Of a DNA stretch of 64,000 bases, positions 1-8,322 are shown one piece after another. Source of the DNA: Candidatus Gottesmanbacteria bacterium RIFCSPHIGHO2_01_FULL_46_14. Its GTDB lineage: Bacteria > Patescibacteriota > Microgenomatia > UBA10105 > UBA927. The stretch's first letter is position 1; each line of letters opens with the position of its first letter. Where the stretch lies: assembly GCA_001780895.1 (NCBI GenBank), contig MFJJ01000010.1, positions 898-64,897 on the forward strand. The letters run 5' to 3'. The notes under the pieces are model-generated. The model had not been told where the DNA came from, did not search any database, and saw nothing but the letters and a program-made list of their open reading frames with translations. The translations under genes and the position numbers were made by a program.

Positions 1-461
1 TCGGCGTTTGGGGCCATAGTATGGGCGCGATGCTTGCTATTATCTGGGGAAGCAAACATCCGGAGCTTAAAGCGATTTGTTCCGTATCTCCTCCGGTTCA
101 GACGGGAACTACGGATTGGCTTAGGCCACTCCTTAACGAATGGAAAAAAACCGGATGGTTTACGAAAGTTAGCACGAGCGGACGTGGGGAGAGTCGGGTG
201 CCGTGGGCCTTTATGGAAGATGCGGGGAAGTATAATACGTTGGACTATGTGGAAGATGTGCGAAGTCCGCTCATGATTGTCCTTGGGCTCGCCGAAGATA
301 CCGTGCCGCCCGAACATACGAGAGAAATATTTCGGAAAGCTCACGAGCCGAAGGCACTCGTGGAAATAGAAGGCATGAGTCACGATTACAAAAAAGTTCC
401 GAAGCACCTTCGGTTAGTGAATAGCAAGGTAATTCCATTTTTTGAGAAGTATCTGAAGTAA
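1..461 (+). CDS. alpha/beta hydrolase, 5'-truncated by window edge
   Basis: Frame is open from the window start; GVWGHSMG nucleophile elbow at nt 3-26; EDTVP acid and MSHDY His motifs. Confidence 0.85.
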   Translation, partial: GVWGHSMGAMLAIIWGSKHPELKAICSVSPPVQTGTTDWLRPLLNEWKKTGWFTKVSTSGRGESRVPWAFMEDAGKYNTLDYVEDVRSPLMIVLGLAEDTVPPEHTREIFRKAHEPKALVEIEGMSHDYKKVPKHLRLVNSKVIPFFEKYLK

Positions 462-480
462 CTCACGAGAAATCCGATTT

Positions 481-918
481 ATGAAACCGATGATTCACCA
501 GGGGACTATCAACGACATATCTACATATATTGCACTTCAGCGTCGAGATGGATTTTCTCATCAATACTATCTAACACCAGAAAGATTAAAACGTTTAATT
601 GATCGCGGTGAGCTATTCTTTCTGGCAATTCCAGAAGGAGCGCCAGTAGGTTTTGCGTCTGTCGACTGTGAGATTCGTTCACAAGCACATTTTTTGTCTG
701 TTGATAAAAAATACGCGAGGAGAGGAATTGGAAGCATGCTTATGAAAGCGCTTATGAATGAAGCAAAAAAACAAGGGCATACTCGGTTATGTTCGCATGT
801 AGAAGCAAGCTCAACGAAAGAAGTTTTTCTACAGAAACAAGGTTTTATTCAGGTGGGATACTACAAAAATAGATACGGAAATGGTGTAGACGCATCGATC
901 TGGGAAATCGCGTTATGA
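481..918 (+). CDS. GNAT family N-acetyltransferase
   Basis: V..KYARRGIGSMLM acetyl-CoA motif A; FLQKQGF motif B. Confidence 0.85.
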   Translation: MKPMIHQGTINDISTYIALQRRDGFSHQYYLTPERLKRLIDRGELFFLAIPEGAPVGFASVDCEIRSQAHFLSVDKKYARRGIGSMLMKALMNEAKKQGHTRLCSHVEASSTKEVFLQKQGFIQVGYYKNRYGNGVDASIWEIAL

Positions 919-1066
919 TTGTTTTAATTTCGTCATCATCAACGTCCCGCGCATGATGCGGGATGACTTTTTAGAGTTGGTGGCGGAGTGGTTTCAAAAA
1001 ATTCCATGAGCCTATTTTTGCAACGGCTTATTTGATTATGGTAGACTTATAGTGGAGAAGCCAATT

Positions 1067-1300
1067 ATGAACTATCAAAAACGTATCACAATCAATCCTA
1101 AAGTCATGGTTGGTAAGCCGGTGGTCGCCGGAACGCGCATCACAGTTGAGCAGGTACTCACACTTCTTTCTCAAGGGGTGACCGCGGAAGAGCTTGCTTC
1201 GGAAAAATACTATCCGCAGCTTACCAAAGCAGACGTATATGCTGCCGTTGCGTACGCCAAAGATCGCGTAGAAGATGAACGCGTCTATCCTCTGGGATGA
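1067..1300 (+). CDS. DUF433-like antitoxin
   Basis: ITINPKVMVGKPVVAGTRITVE...YPQLT..DVYAA signature; ATG 1067 preceded by GGAG (alternative GTG 1052). Confidence 0.85.
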   Translation: MNYQKRITINPKVMVGKPVVAGTRITVEQVLTLLSQGVTAEELASEKYYPQLTKADVYAAVAYAKDRVEDERVYPLG

Positions 1301-1650
1301 AATTCCTAACGGACGAAAATATAGGACTTGAGGTTGTTGCATTTCTTCGAAAGAAGGGTCATGACGTTGGTTCTATTACAGAAATTTCTACCGGTGTATC
1401 CGACGTGATGGTCTTGGCGAAAGCCGTCGACGAAAAGCGGATTCTCATAACAGCGGATACAGATTTCGGCGAACTTGTCTACCACGCCGGAAAGCGACAC
1501 GCGGGCATTGTTTTACTTCGGCTTGATGATGAACGCAACGCAAATAAAATTCGTGTACTCGGAGAACTTCTTGAGAAATATGCCGATGAACTCGTTGGTA
1601 CCTTTGTTATAGTCACAGAAACCAGCGTGCGCATTCGCCGAATGTCGTAG
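1297..1650 (+). CDS. DUF5615 / PIN-like toxin
   Basis: MKFLTDEN...ILITADTDFGEL; ATGA overlap with the DUF433 gene. Confidence 0.85.
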   Translation: MKFLTDENIGLEVVAFLRKKGHDVGSITEISTGVSDVMVLAKAVDEKRILITADTDFGELVYHAGKRHAGIVLLRLDDERNANKIRVLGELLEKYADELVGTFVIVTETSVRIRRMS

Positions 1651-1653
1651 GCT

Positions 1654-2652
1654 ATGAAACGATTTCCGATCGTCCGAGCACACGGGTCGCATTATGAGGT
1701 GGGTGTTGCCATTGGGAAAATGATGCGCCAACCTATCATAAATTTACTTACTCGGGAAAAAGCGAGTCTTGGAGAAAAATTTGTTTACTATGTGGACATG
1801 CTCCCGTCGTTTATCGAAATTACGAAGCGTTACTTCCCGCAATATATGGATGAAGTGAGAGGTATCGCGGATGGCGCGGGAGTGGATTTTCAAACATTGT
1901 TTTCTACAAACTGTCGTGAGGTTGTAGACTATTCGGGTTCTACAAGTACAGCAGACCATTGCACAATAGTTACTATTCCTCAGAGCAATCAATATATCGT
2001 GGGTCACAATGAGGATTGGGATGCCGAGTCGATTGAGATTCTATACATTTTTGACGCGGTTATAGACGGCGTACATATTTTCGGACTTAATTATGGAGAT
2101 AGCGTCATGGGAGATTCTATCTCCGTGACGAGCCATGGCCTCATACAGGCAGTCAACGATCTACAGCATCAAGACGCTCAACTCGGTGTTCCTAAAAAGT
2201 TTATCGCCCGGGCAATACTTGATTGTAAAACGCTTGAGGAGGCGGAGGACATCATGAAAAAAGTTCCGCGCGCGGCAGGATTTAATCACGTGCTTGCTCA
2301 GGGACAACGATTATGGAATATAGAGTCTTCTGCCAAAGAATACGTCATTGAGAAAGTCGAATTGCAAAAGTACGTCCATACCAATCATTACGTGACAGAG
2401 TTGAAGCGGATAGACAAAGGAAATCAGGAGTCGGAGAAGCGGTATGCGAAGGTTAAAGAACGACTTAGTGACGTCAATTCCATAAAAGATATGAAAGAAC
2501 TTTTAAGTGATCAAACAGATCCCCGCATTTGTCGAGAGGGGACCATCGGATCAGTAATCTTTGACATGCCCAACAAAGTCGCCCACATCGCCTACGGCCA
2601 ACCGACGCCGCAGGCGTATGTGGAGTATTCACTTGAGCACGTGTTGGAATGA
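1654..2652 (+). CDS. C45 family (Ntn-hydrolase) peptidase/acyltransferase
   Basis: GSHYEVG, EVRGIADG, DHCT autoproteolytic Cys, HNEDW, HTNHY. Confidence 0.85.
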   Translation: MKRFPIVRAHGSHYEVGVAIGKMMRQPIINLLTREKASLGEKFVYYVDMLPSFIEITKRYFPQYMDEVRGIADGAGVDFQTLFSTNCREVVDYSGSTSTADHCTIVTIPQSNQYIVGHNEDWDAESIEILYIFDAVIDGVHIFGLNYGDSVMGDSISVTSHGLIQAVNDLQHQDAQLGVPKKFIARAILDCKTLEEAEDIMKKVPRAAGFNHVLAQGQRLWNIESSAKEYVIEKVELQKYVHTNHYVTELKRIDKGNQESEKRYAKVKERLSDVNSIKDMKELLSDQTDPRICREGTIGSVIFDMPNKVAHIAYGQPTPQAYVEYSLEHVLE

Positions 2653-2661
2653 GAGGATGAT

Positions 2662-2721
2662 ATGAAGTCGGAAGGGAGAGTCGCCATCGTCACCGGTTCT
2701 TTGTGAGGGATTGGGTATAGC
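2662..2721 (+). pseudogene. 5' remnant of an SDR oxidoreductase
   Basis: Reads MKSEGRVAIVTGSL*GIGYS (TGxxxGIG with an in-frame TGA), with SD-like GAGAGG upstream. Confidence 0.7.
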
Positions 2722-2736
2722 CGGATGGTAGTTTTA

Positions 2737-2781
2737 TTGACAAAGTGTATAGATTATAGTACTATTAACATATATGTTAAT
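2737..2781 (+). promoter_or_regulatory. sigma70 promoter and palindromic operator of the Phd-VapC module
   Basis: TTGACA 2737-2742, 17 nt, TACTAT 2760-2765; perfect 18-bp palindrome ATTAACATATATGTTAAT 2764-2781 spanning the ATG. Confidence 0.75.
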
Positions 2782-3085
2782 TGATACGAACCAGATTATC
2801 AGTCTTTCCGATCTCCGATTCCGGCTCGGCAGGATGCTTGCCGAAGTGGAAGAAGGGAACGTTCTTCTCGTAGCAAATAAGGGAGATATTAAAGCCGCTT
2901 TTGTTCCCATGACTTTTTTGGAACAGAACGCCGGCAATTCCGAGGAAATGCGTATGAAAGCAAAGGCACTCCAACATGGTTTCGCCGCGGATATGGCAGG
3001 AAAAAAAACTGTTTGGAATAGCACCGTCTTGATCCGAACCCAACGAAACAAACGCGTTGCAAAAATGAACGAACTGATAAAATAG
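2774..3085 (+). CDS. Phd/YefM-family antitoxin
   Basis: IISLSDLR..LGRMLAEVEEG..LLVANKG...AAFVP; immediately upstream of a PIN gene. Confidence 0.7.
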   Translation: MLIDTNQIISLSDLRFRLGRMLAEVEEGNVLLVANKGDIKAAFVPMTFLEQNAGNSEEMRMKAKALQHGFAADMAGKKTVWNSTVLIRTQRNKRVAKMNELIK

Positions 3086-3087
3086 CT

Positions 3088-3495
3088 ATGGAGCACATCG
3101 TGCTTGATGCATCGGTCGTGGTGAAGTGGTTTAAGAAGAAAAATGAGCAACGTACCAGCCAGGCAGACGTATTACTTCAGAATCTTCTTGACGGGACCGT
3201 ACGCGTTTCGATTCCTACGCTTCTTTTTACGGAACTTGTCAGCATTGCGGCCATTGATCGAAGCGTTTCGGAAGAACACTGGCAGGAGGCACTTGTATTT
3301 CTTTTTTCCCTTTCCTGGCATGTGTATCCACCGGACCAATTTTTCGTCAAAGATACGTATCGGTTAGCCAAAGGATTAGGACTGAGCGCGTATGATGCTA
3401 CGTACCTTGCTGTTGCCAAGCGCTGTAGCGCGGTGGTGGTGACGGAGGATAAAGAGCTTCTTGCCAAAGGCGGAAATTTGGTCCGAGCATTGTAG
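3088..3495 (+). CDS. VapC-type PIN toxin
   Basis: IVLDASVVVKW...E...LSAYDATYLAVA...VVTEDKEL. Confidence 0.9.
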   Translation: MEHIVLDASVVVKWFKKKNEQRTSQADVLLQNLLDGTVRVSIPTLLFTELVSIAAIDRSVSEEHWQEALVFLFSLSWHVYPPDQFFVKDTYRLAKGLGLSAYDATYLAVAKRCSAVVVTEDKELLAKGGNLVRAL

Positions 3496-3504
3496 AAAAA
3501 GTCT

Positions 3505-4245
3505 ATGGAACTTAAAGATAAAGTTGTTCTCATTACAGGTTCTTCAAGTGGCATAGGCAAAGCCGCCGCCCTCAAATTTGCGCAAGAAAAAGCAAAAGTA
3601 GTTGTTCATTACAAAACTAATAAGACTGGGGCCCAACTTACAGTAGACGAAATGAAAAATTGGGGCGCTGAGGTTATCGCAGTTCAGGCCGATGTAGTGA
3701 AGCCTCACGAGGTCAAAAGACTATTTTCCGAGGTACTTAAAGCGTTTGGAACCTTAGACGTTCTCATTAATAATGCAGGATTAGCCAAGCCAAAGCCCTT
3801 TTTGGAAATCACCAGAGATGACCTGGCGGAGGAGTTTGATAAGAATTTCTTTAGCATGGTTTACTCCTGTCAGGAAGCTGCAAGAATCATGCAAAAAAAA
3901 GATTCCGGAAAAATTATCAATGTCTCTTCGATTTGTGGATTAACAGGCTGTACAAGCATACTCACTTTTACATCTGCGCGGTCAGCAGTAACGGGTTTTA
4001 CAAAGGCACTCGCCAAAATTCTAGCACCAAACATAATGGTTAATGCAGTAGCGCCAGGATTTACCCTTACCCGCTTTTGGGATAAAATGACAGACAAAGA
4101 GGTTAAAGAATTGCTTGACTCAACACTGTCTAAAAAGTGGGTTACCGCAGAAGAAATCGCAGATACATTTATTTATTTGACTAAAAACGATTCTGTGACT
4201 GGTCAAGTAATCGTTGTAGATGGAGGCTACACTACAAATATATGA
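3505..4245 (+). CDS. SDR family oxidoreductase (FabG-like)
   Basis: TGSSSGIG, LINNAG, VNAVAPG, VDGG; the catalytic YxxxK reads FTSAR. Confidence 0.9.
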   Translation: MELKDKVVLITGSSSGIGKAAALKFAQEKAKVVVHYKTNKTGAQLTVDEMKNWGAEVIAVQADVVKPHEVKRLFSEVLKAFGTLDVLINNAGLAKPKPFLEITRDDLAEEFDKNFFSMVYSCQEAARIMQKKDSGKIINVSSICGLTGCTSILTFTSARSAVTGFTKALAKILAPNIMVNAVAPGFTLTRFWDKMTDKEVKELLDSTLSKKWVTAEEIADTFIYLTKNDSVTGQVIVVDGGYTTNI

Positions 4246-4712
4246 ATACAAAAAACAAAAACATCATTAAGGATATTCTTCAAGCAACCCCCTTGCTGTC
4301 TATGGCTTCTATTACAAAAGACGGGAAGAGTTGGATTTGCACTGCCTTTTATGCATATGATGATAAACTGAAATTGTATTTTCTAACTCCGCCGACGACA
4401 CAACACAGTAAAAATTTAGAGAAAAATGCTTCAGTAGCTATTTCAGTTTTTGATACTCATCAAAACCCTGATGACAAGAAGCGGGGGCTACAGATATTTG
4501 GTGCATGTCATAAAGCAGCAGGTAATGAAATAGAGAAGGGGCTACGCATATATGGCAAACGATTTGTGGATTTCGGAAAGAAAATCCTTTCGCCAGAAGA
4601 TATTGAGAAATCAAAAATGCATTCGCGCTTCTATGTTGTAGTCCCGCAAAAGATAAAAATATTTGATGAATTAGTTTTCGGTGAAGAGATATGGGTAACC
4701 GTGGTTATTTGA
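4242..4712 (+). CDS. pyridoxamine 5'-phosphate oxidase-like FMN-binding protein
   Basis: LYFLT..TQHSKNL..N..VAISV...RGLQIFG pattern. Confidence 0.75.
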   Translation: MNTKNKNIIKDILQATPLLSMASITKDGKSWICTAFYAYDDKLKLYFLTPPTTQHSKNLEKNASVAISVFDTHQNPDDKKRGLQIFGACHKAAGNEIEKGLRIYGKRFVDFGKKILSPEDIEKSKMHSRFYVVVPQKIKIFDELVFGEEIWVTVVI

Positions 4713-5343
4713 TCTCCGGCAAGACTTCGAGGGGGTTGACGGGGGTGCCGTCCTGGTAGATTTCGAGGTGAAGGTGGTTGCCGGTGGACCAGCCGGTGGA
4801 GCCTACCTCGCCGAGCTTCGTTTTCTTATCTACAGTTTGACCAGGACTCACATCGATTTTGGACATATGGCCATAAAGCGACTTCATGCCGTCGTCGTGT
4901 TCGACAAGCACATGGTTGCCGTAGCCCCAGTTTGAGAAAATAGTCCATTCCACCCAGCCGTCAGCGATTGGGTACACAGGAGTGCCTTTGGGATTGGTGA
5001 GATCAACACCCGGGTGGCCGGTTGAAAATATTGTGGTTAGGCCAAATCGGGTGAATGGCCACTGAAACTTGGTGTCTGTCGGGATGATCTCAATAATCGT
5101 CTCTTCTGTGGCCTTGCTCACTTCGAGATTGGCGACGAAATCTGTTGCAGTGGGCACTAAAACCGCGGAAAAGACAGCCACTCCAGACAAATACACTCCT
5201 ATGATCTGGGGGAGCTTGGTTGCCTCAATCTTTTTGCGTAAAATGAGGCTAATTCGATTGCTGCCTCGATAGGGGACCAGCAGCCAGTAAATAATCTTTT
5301 TCGTAGAAGCCGATAGTATATAATTTTGCTTCTTTCTTGTCAA
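4705..5343 (-). CDS. M23 family metallopeptidase with TM segment
   Basis: HPGVD, GYGNHV, LYGHMS, STGNHLHLE. Confidence 0.92.
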   Translation of the reverse strand: MTRKKQNYILSASTKKIIYWLLVPYRGSNRISLILRKKIEATKLPQIIGVYLSGVAVFSAVLVPTATDFVANLEVSKATEETIIEIIPTDTKFQWPFTRFGLTTIFSTGHPGVDLTNPKGTPVYPIADGWVEWTIFSNWGYGNHVLVEHDDGMKSLYGHMSKIDVSPGQTVDKKTKLGEVGSTGWSTGNHLHLEIYQDGTPVNPLEVLPEIK

Positions 5344-5375
5344 ATTGAGGTGCAGGCGCTATGATGAGGAGATCT

Positions 5376-6266
5376 ATGCGCAGAAAGATAGTATTTCTGG
5401 TCGTTATTCTTCTTCTGATCGGTGGTGTTATAGGACTAATCCGATTTTTTTCAGGCCGAAGCGGAGCGACCGGTGAGCTTCGTGTGGATAGTCAGCCTAC
5501 AGTGAGTATATTTTTGGATAATAGACATATTGGTCGAAGCCCCTATAAAGACAAAGTTGCCTCCGGTGAATATACCATCAAGCTTACTCCGGAATCTGCG
5601 GTCGATTCTCCGGCAAGTTGGCAGGGACAAATCACTATTGGACCCAATTTATTAACGTATGTAAATGCAACACTTTCCGACTCCGAGCTTACCAGTGCAG
5701 TCGATGTTCTTTGGCTCACTAAAACGTCAGGCAGAGCCTCCGAAGTTTCCGTTACCACCAACCCCGATGGCGCAACACTTCTTATTGATAACGAAACGAA
5801 AGGAGTAACACCCCTTGCTATCTCCGATCTTTCCGCCGGAGACCATACGCTCACGGTTACGTCTCCGGGATTTGCTCCCCGAACGCTCAAAATAAAAGCA
5901 ACGGCCGGGTATCGCCTCATCGTGACGGTCAAACTTGCCCTTTCTGGCGAGCCGATGCCAACGCCGACTGAGGAAGCGACACCTTCGCCAACACTTAAAA
6001 CAACACCTAAAGCGACCCCAACCAAGATAGCAACAAGTTCAGCCACCATGCCTGATCCGACTAAACCCTTCGTGACGATCAAAGACACACCCACCGGATT
6101 TTTGCGCGTCCGGATGGAGCCATCGACGGCCGCTACTGAAGCTGCACAAGTCAAGCCTGGTGAAAAATATCACATCGAGGATGAGCAGAGCGGGTGGTAT
6201 CAGATAAAATACAGCGGAACCAATGAGGGTTGGATCTCCGGCCAGTACGCCACAAAGACTGAGTAA
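5376..6266 (+). CDS. PEGA-repeat plus SH3b membrane-anchored protein
   Basis: N-terminal TM; two PEGA-like repeats; Pro/Thr linker; FLRVRMEPS...GWYQI...GWISG; GAGGAG before ATG 5376. Confidence 0.8.
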   Translation: MRRKIVFLVVILLLIGGVIGLIRFFSGRSGATGELRVDSQPTVSIFLDNRHIGRSPYKDKVASGEYTIKLTPESAVDSPASWQGQITIGPNLLTYVNATLSDSELTSAVDVLWLTKTSGRASEVSVTTNPDGATLLIDNETKGVTPLAISDLSAGDHTLTVTSPGFAPRTLKIKATAGYRLIVTVKLALSGEPMPTPTEEATPSPTLKTTPKATPTKIATSSATMPDPTKPFVTIKDTPTGFLRVRMEPSTAATEAAQVKPGEKYHIEDEQSGWYQIKYSGTNEGWISGQYATKTE

Positions 6267-6271
6267 TATAT

Positions 6272-6679
6272 ATGGGTTATGAAAATGTGTTGCGCGTGGA
6301 GGGTTTTCTGAAGGATCGTATTGGCTGGTGTAGCGGAAGTGGTTATTCGAGTTTCGGGAGGATGGTTATAGCGTATCGCGACGAAGTACCTCGTGATGAC
6401 GTTTTAACAGGGGAGGAGCTTGAAAAAGCTTGCGCATCTTGTCCAGTGGGGAAAGAGAGAATACCTGGTTTGATTTGCGGTGGGATGAAATATGTCAATC
6501 GGATGCAAAGTCAAATGGTGGCTGAGGTGGATGTTTCAGATAAAGCTCAGTTACCGGAAGGCGCTGAAATATTTTGTGGCTTGGATAACGCGAGGTTACA
6601 ATCGATGAAGGAAGCACCGACCATAGCAGAAGTAGCAGCTCAATATACCGGCGATATGCCTCTCGTGCCGTATAATTGA
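6272..6679 (+). CDS. hypothetical protein
   Basis: 135-aa ORF filling the gap, contains CxxC; family not recognised. Confidence 0.55.
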   Translation: MGYENVLRVEGFLKDRIGWCSGSGYSSFGRMVIAYRDEVPRDDVLTGEELEKACASCPVGKERIPGLICGGMKYVNRMQSQMVAEVDVSDKAQLPEGAEIFCGLDNARLQSMKEAPTIAEVAAQYTGDMPLVPYN

Positions 6680-6693
6680 TGGAGCGCAAATTG

Positions 6694-6741
6694 CTACCCT
6701 CCTATCCCATACACGACCACCAGCACGCTTCCCACCCAAAG
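6694..6741 (-). pseudogene. orphan duplicate of the last 16 codons of the ubiA-like gene
   Basis: Encodes LWVGSVLVVVYGIGG*, identical to 7384-7431 in amino acids but with 9 synonymous changes and a different stop codon. Confidence 0.9.
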
Positions 6742-6746
6742 TTCCT

Positions 6747-7166
6747 TCAGTTCATCCGACGAAATACGATTTCAAACTCTTTACGAAATCCTTCAAACGT
6801 TATGGTGGCTTTTTGGAAAAGATCCGCTTGTCCGAGGATACAATGGTAGGGCGATATTCCTTCCACGATATTCAATGCGAGGGAAAACGTACTCCCATTT
6901 ATTTCTGCCTCCGCGCGATCAAACCGGTGAGAACGAAATTGTCCGCTTAACGTAAAGCCGATAGATGCCGGAATACTCTCCCATGGTATGCTGAGCGATT
7001 CTGCGATAGTCGTTGAAATCACTGCTCCTGCTGCGCCAGAGTCAACCAATGCAAATGTCGGAAATTCTGTTTGTTGGTGGCGAAATGTCACGGGAACTAT
7101 CGGTGCCAGCACGACTCTGTTCTTGATGCTCGGAAGCGGACTGTACCTGTATTGTATGAAGCCTAT
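6747..7166 (-). CDS. retropepsin-like aspartyl protease
   Basis: ALVDSGA and ILGQ..F motifs; start uncertain (GTG 7112, or ATA 7166 overlapping the upstream stop). Confidence 0.75.
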   Translation of the reverse strand: MGFIQYRYSPLPSIKNRVVLAPIVPVTFRHQQTEFPTFALVDSGAAGAVISTTIAESLSIPWESIPASIGFTLSGQFRSHRFDRAEAEINGSTFSLALNIVEGISPYHCILGQADLFQKATITFEGFRKEFEIVFRRMN

Positions 7167-7357
7167 CCGATGAAGTTGCCGTACGTTTTTCCTGCCGGAA
7201 AAAAGTATACCTTTTCTTTTTGTTTCTGTACCTTCTCTTTGAGTGTTTTTAGGTTTCTTCCGGCAAACACGACGGAGCGAAAGTCAGACGAAATTGCTAC
7301 CCATCCGGACGTATGGCCCCGCAGTAGTTTGACAAAATTGATCGACTTCTTTTTCAT
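7163..7357 (-). CDS. DUF5678-like small protein
   Basis: GWVAIS...VVFAG..LK.L pattern; TATACT 8 nt before ATG 7357, inside the 14-bp palindrome AGTAGTATACTACT (7363-7376). Confidence 0.6.
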   Translation of the reverse strand: MKKKSINFVKLLRGHTSGWVAISSDFRSVVFAGRNLKTLKEKVQKQKEKVYFFPAGKTYGNFIG

Positions 7358-7383
7358 ACAACAGTAGTATACTACTTTATGCT

Positions 7384-8322
7384 TCATCCTCCAATGCCGT
7401 AGACCACCACCAGCACACTCCCCACCCAGAGGATGATTGTGGCTAGAAGGGGAAGATCGCTGGTTAAAATTTTCTCCGGTGATTCACCTTTCCCTTCGTA
7501 AATAAGCTGCATATACCGCATGATGCCATAGAGAACAAATGGGATTGTCAACATCATCCATTTTCGCCCGGGAATATCCGGTGCAAAATCTCCGTAGTTG
7601 CGAAAAATAATACCTTCTCCTTGAGGTTGGGCTAAAAACGTAAAAAATGCGTAGGTAATAAACGTCGAGTTTGCAAACATTGCCGTATAGGTATCAAGGA
7701 GTTTTTCTGAGTAATGGGAAAGCGCCATACGCGTATCGCGGGGAACAACGCCTTCGTAGCTATCGATAAGGGTAAGCTCTGCTCTGCGTTTTCCGATAGC
7801 AAGAAACAAGGCAAGCGACAAAGCCGCCAGAGCGAGCCAAATGGAAATGTGAAATCCCGTGGCGGCTTCACCGGCATAGACCCGGAGGATATATGCGGTC
7901 GTAATGGTAAGAATATCAATAATACTGTACTGTTTTAAGATAAGCGTATAGGCATACTCAAGAAACAAAAATGCGACTGCAAAAAGAAAAAACGTCGGAT
8001 TGGTGAGACTTGCAATATAGAGCCCTGTGAAGGCAAAAAGAATCGAAACGAGGACTGCCACAGGGATAGGGAGTTTGCCGCTTGCGACCGGACGAAATTT
8101 TTTGAAGGGATGTTTTCGGTCTCGGGGAGCATCGAGGACGTCGTTAAAGAGATAGTTTGATGAGGAGAGTAAACAAAATGCAATAAACGCCCAGAGATTT
8201 TGTATAAATGGGGCGGTTTGAAACAGTTGCCCAGTAAAGAGAATCGGCGTGAAGATCGCGATATTTTTTAACCACTGTCGGGGTCGTGCGGTTTTGAAAA
8301 TTGCCAAAAGTACTTGAGCCAT
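7384..8322 (-). CDS. UbiA-family prenyltransferase (decaprenyl-phosphate phosphoribosyltransferase-like)
   Basis: RPRQWLKN, NDVLD..RDRKHPFKKFRPVASG, GKRRAEL; probable start ATG 8322. Confidence 0.9.
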   Translation of the reverse strand: MAQVLLAIFKTARPRQWLKNIAIFTPILFTGQLFQTAPFIQNLWAFIAFCLLSSSNYLFNDVLDAPRDRKHPFKKFRPVASGKLPIPVAVLVSILFAFTGLYIASLTNPTFFLFAVAFLFLEYAYTLILKQYSIIDILTITTAYILRVYAGEAATGFHISIWLALAALSLALFLAIGKRRAELTLIDSYEGVVPRDTRMALSHYSEKLLDTYTAMFANSTFITYAFFTFLAQPQGEGIIFRNYGDFAPDIPGRKWMMLTIPFVLYGIMRYMQLIYEGKGESPEKILTSDLPLLATIILWVGSVLVVVYGIGG

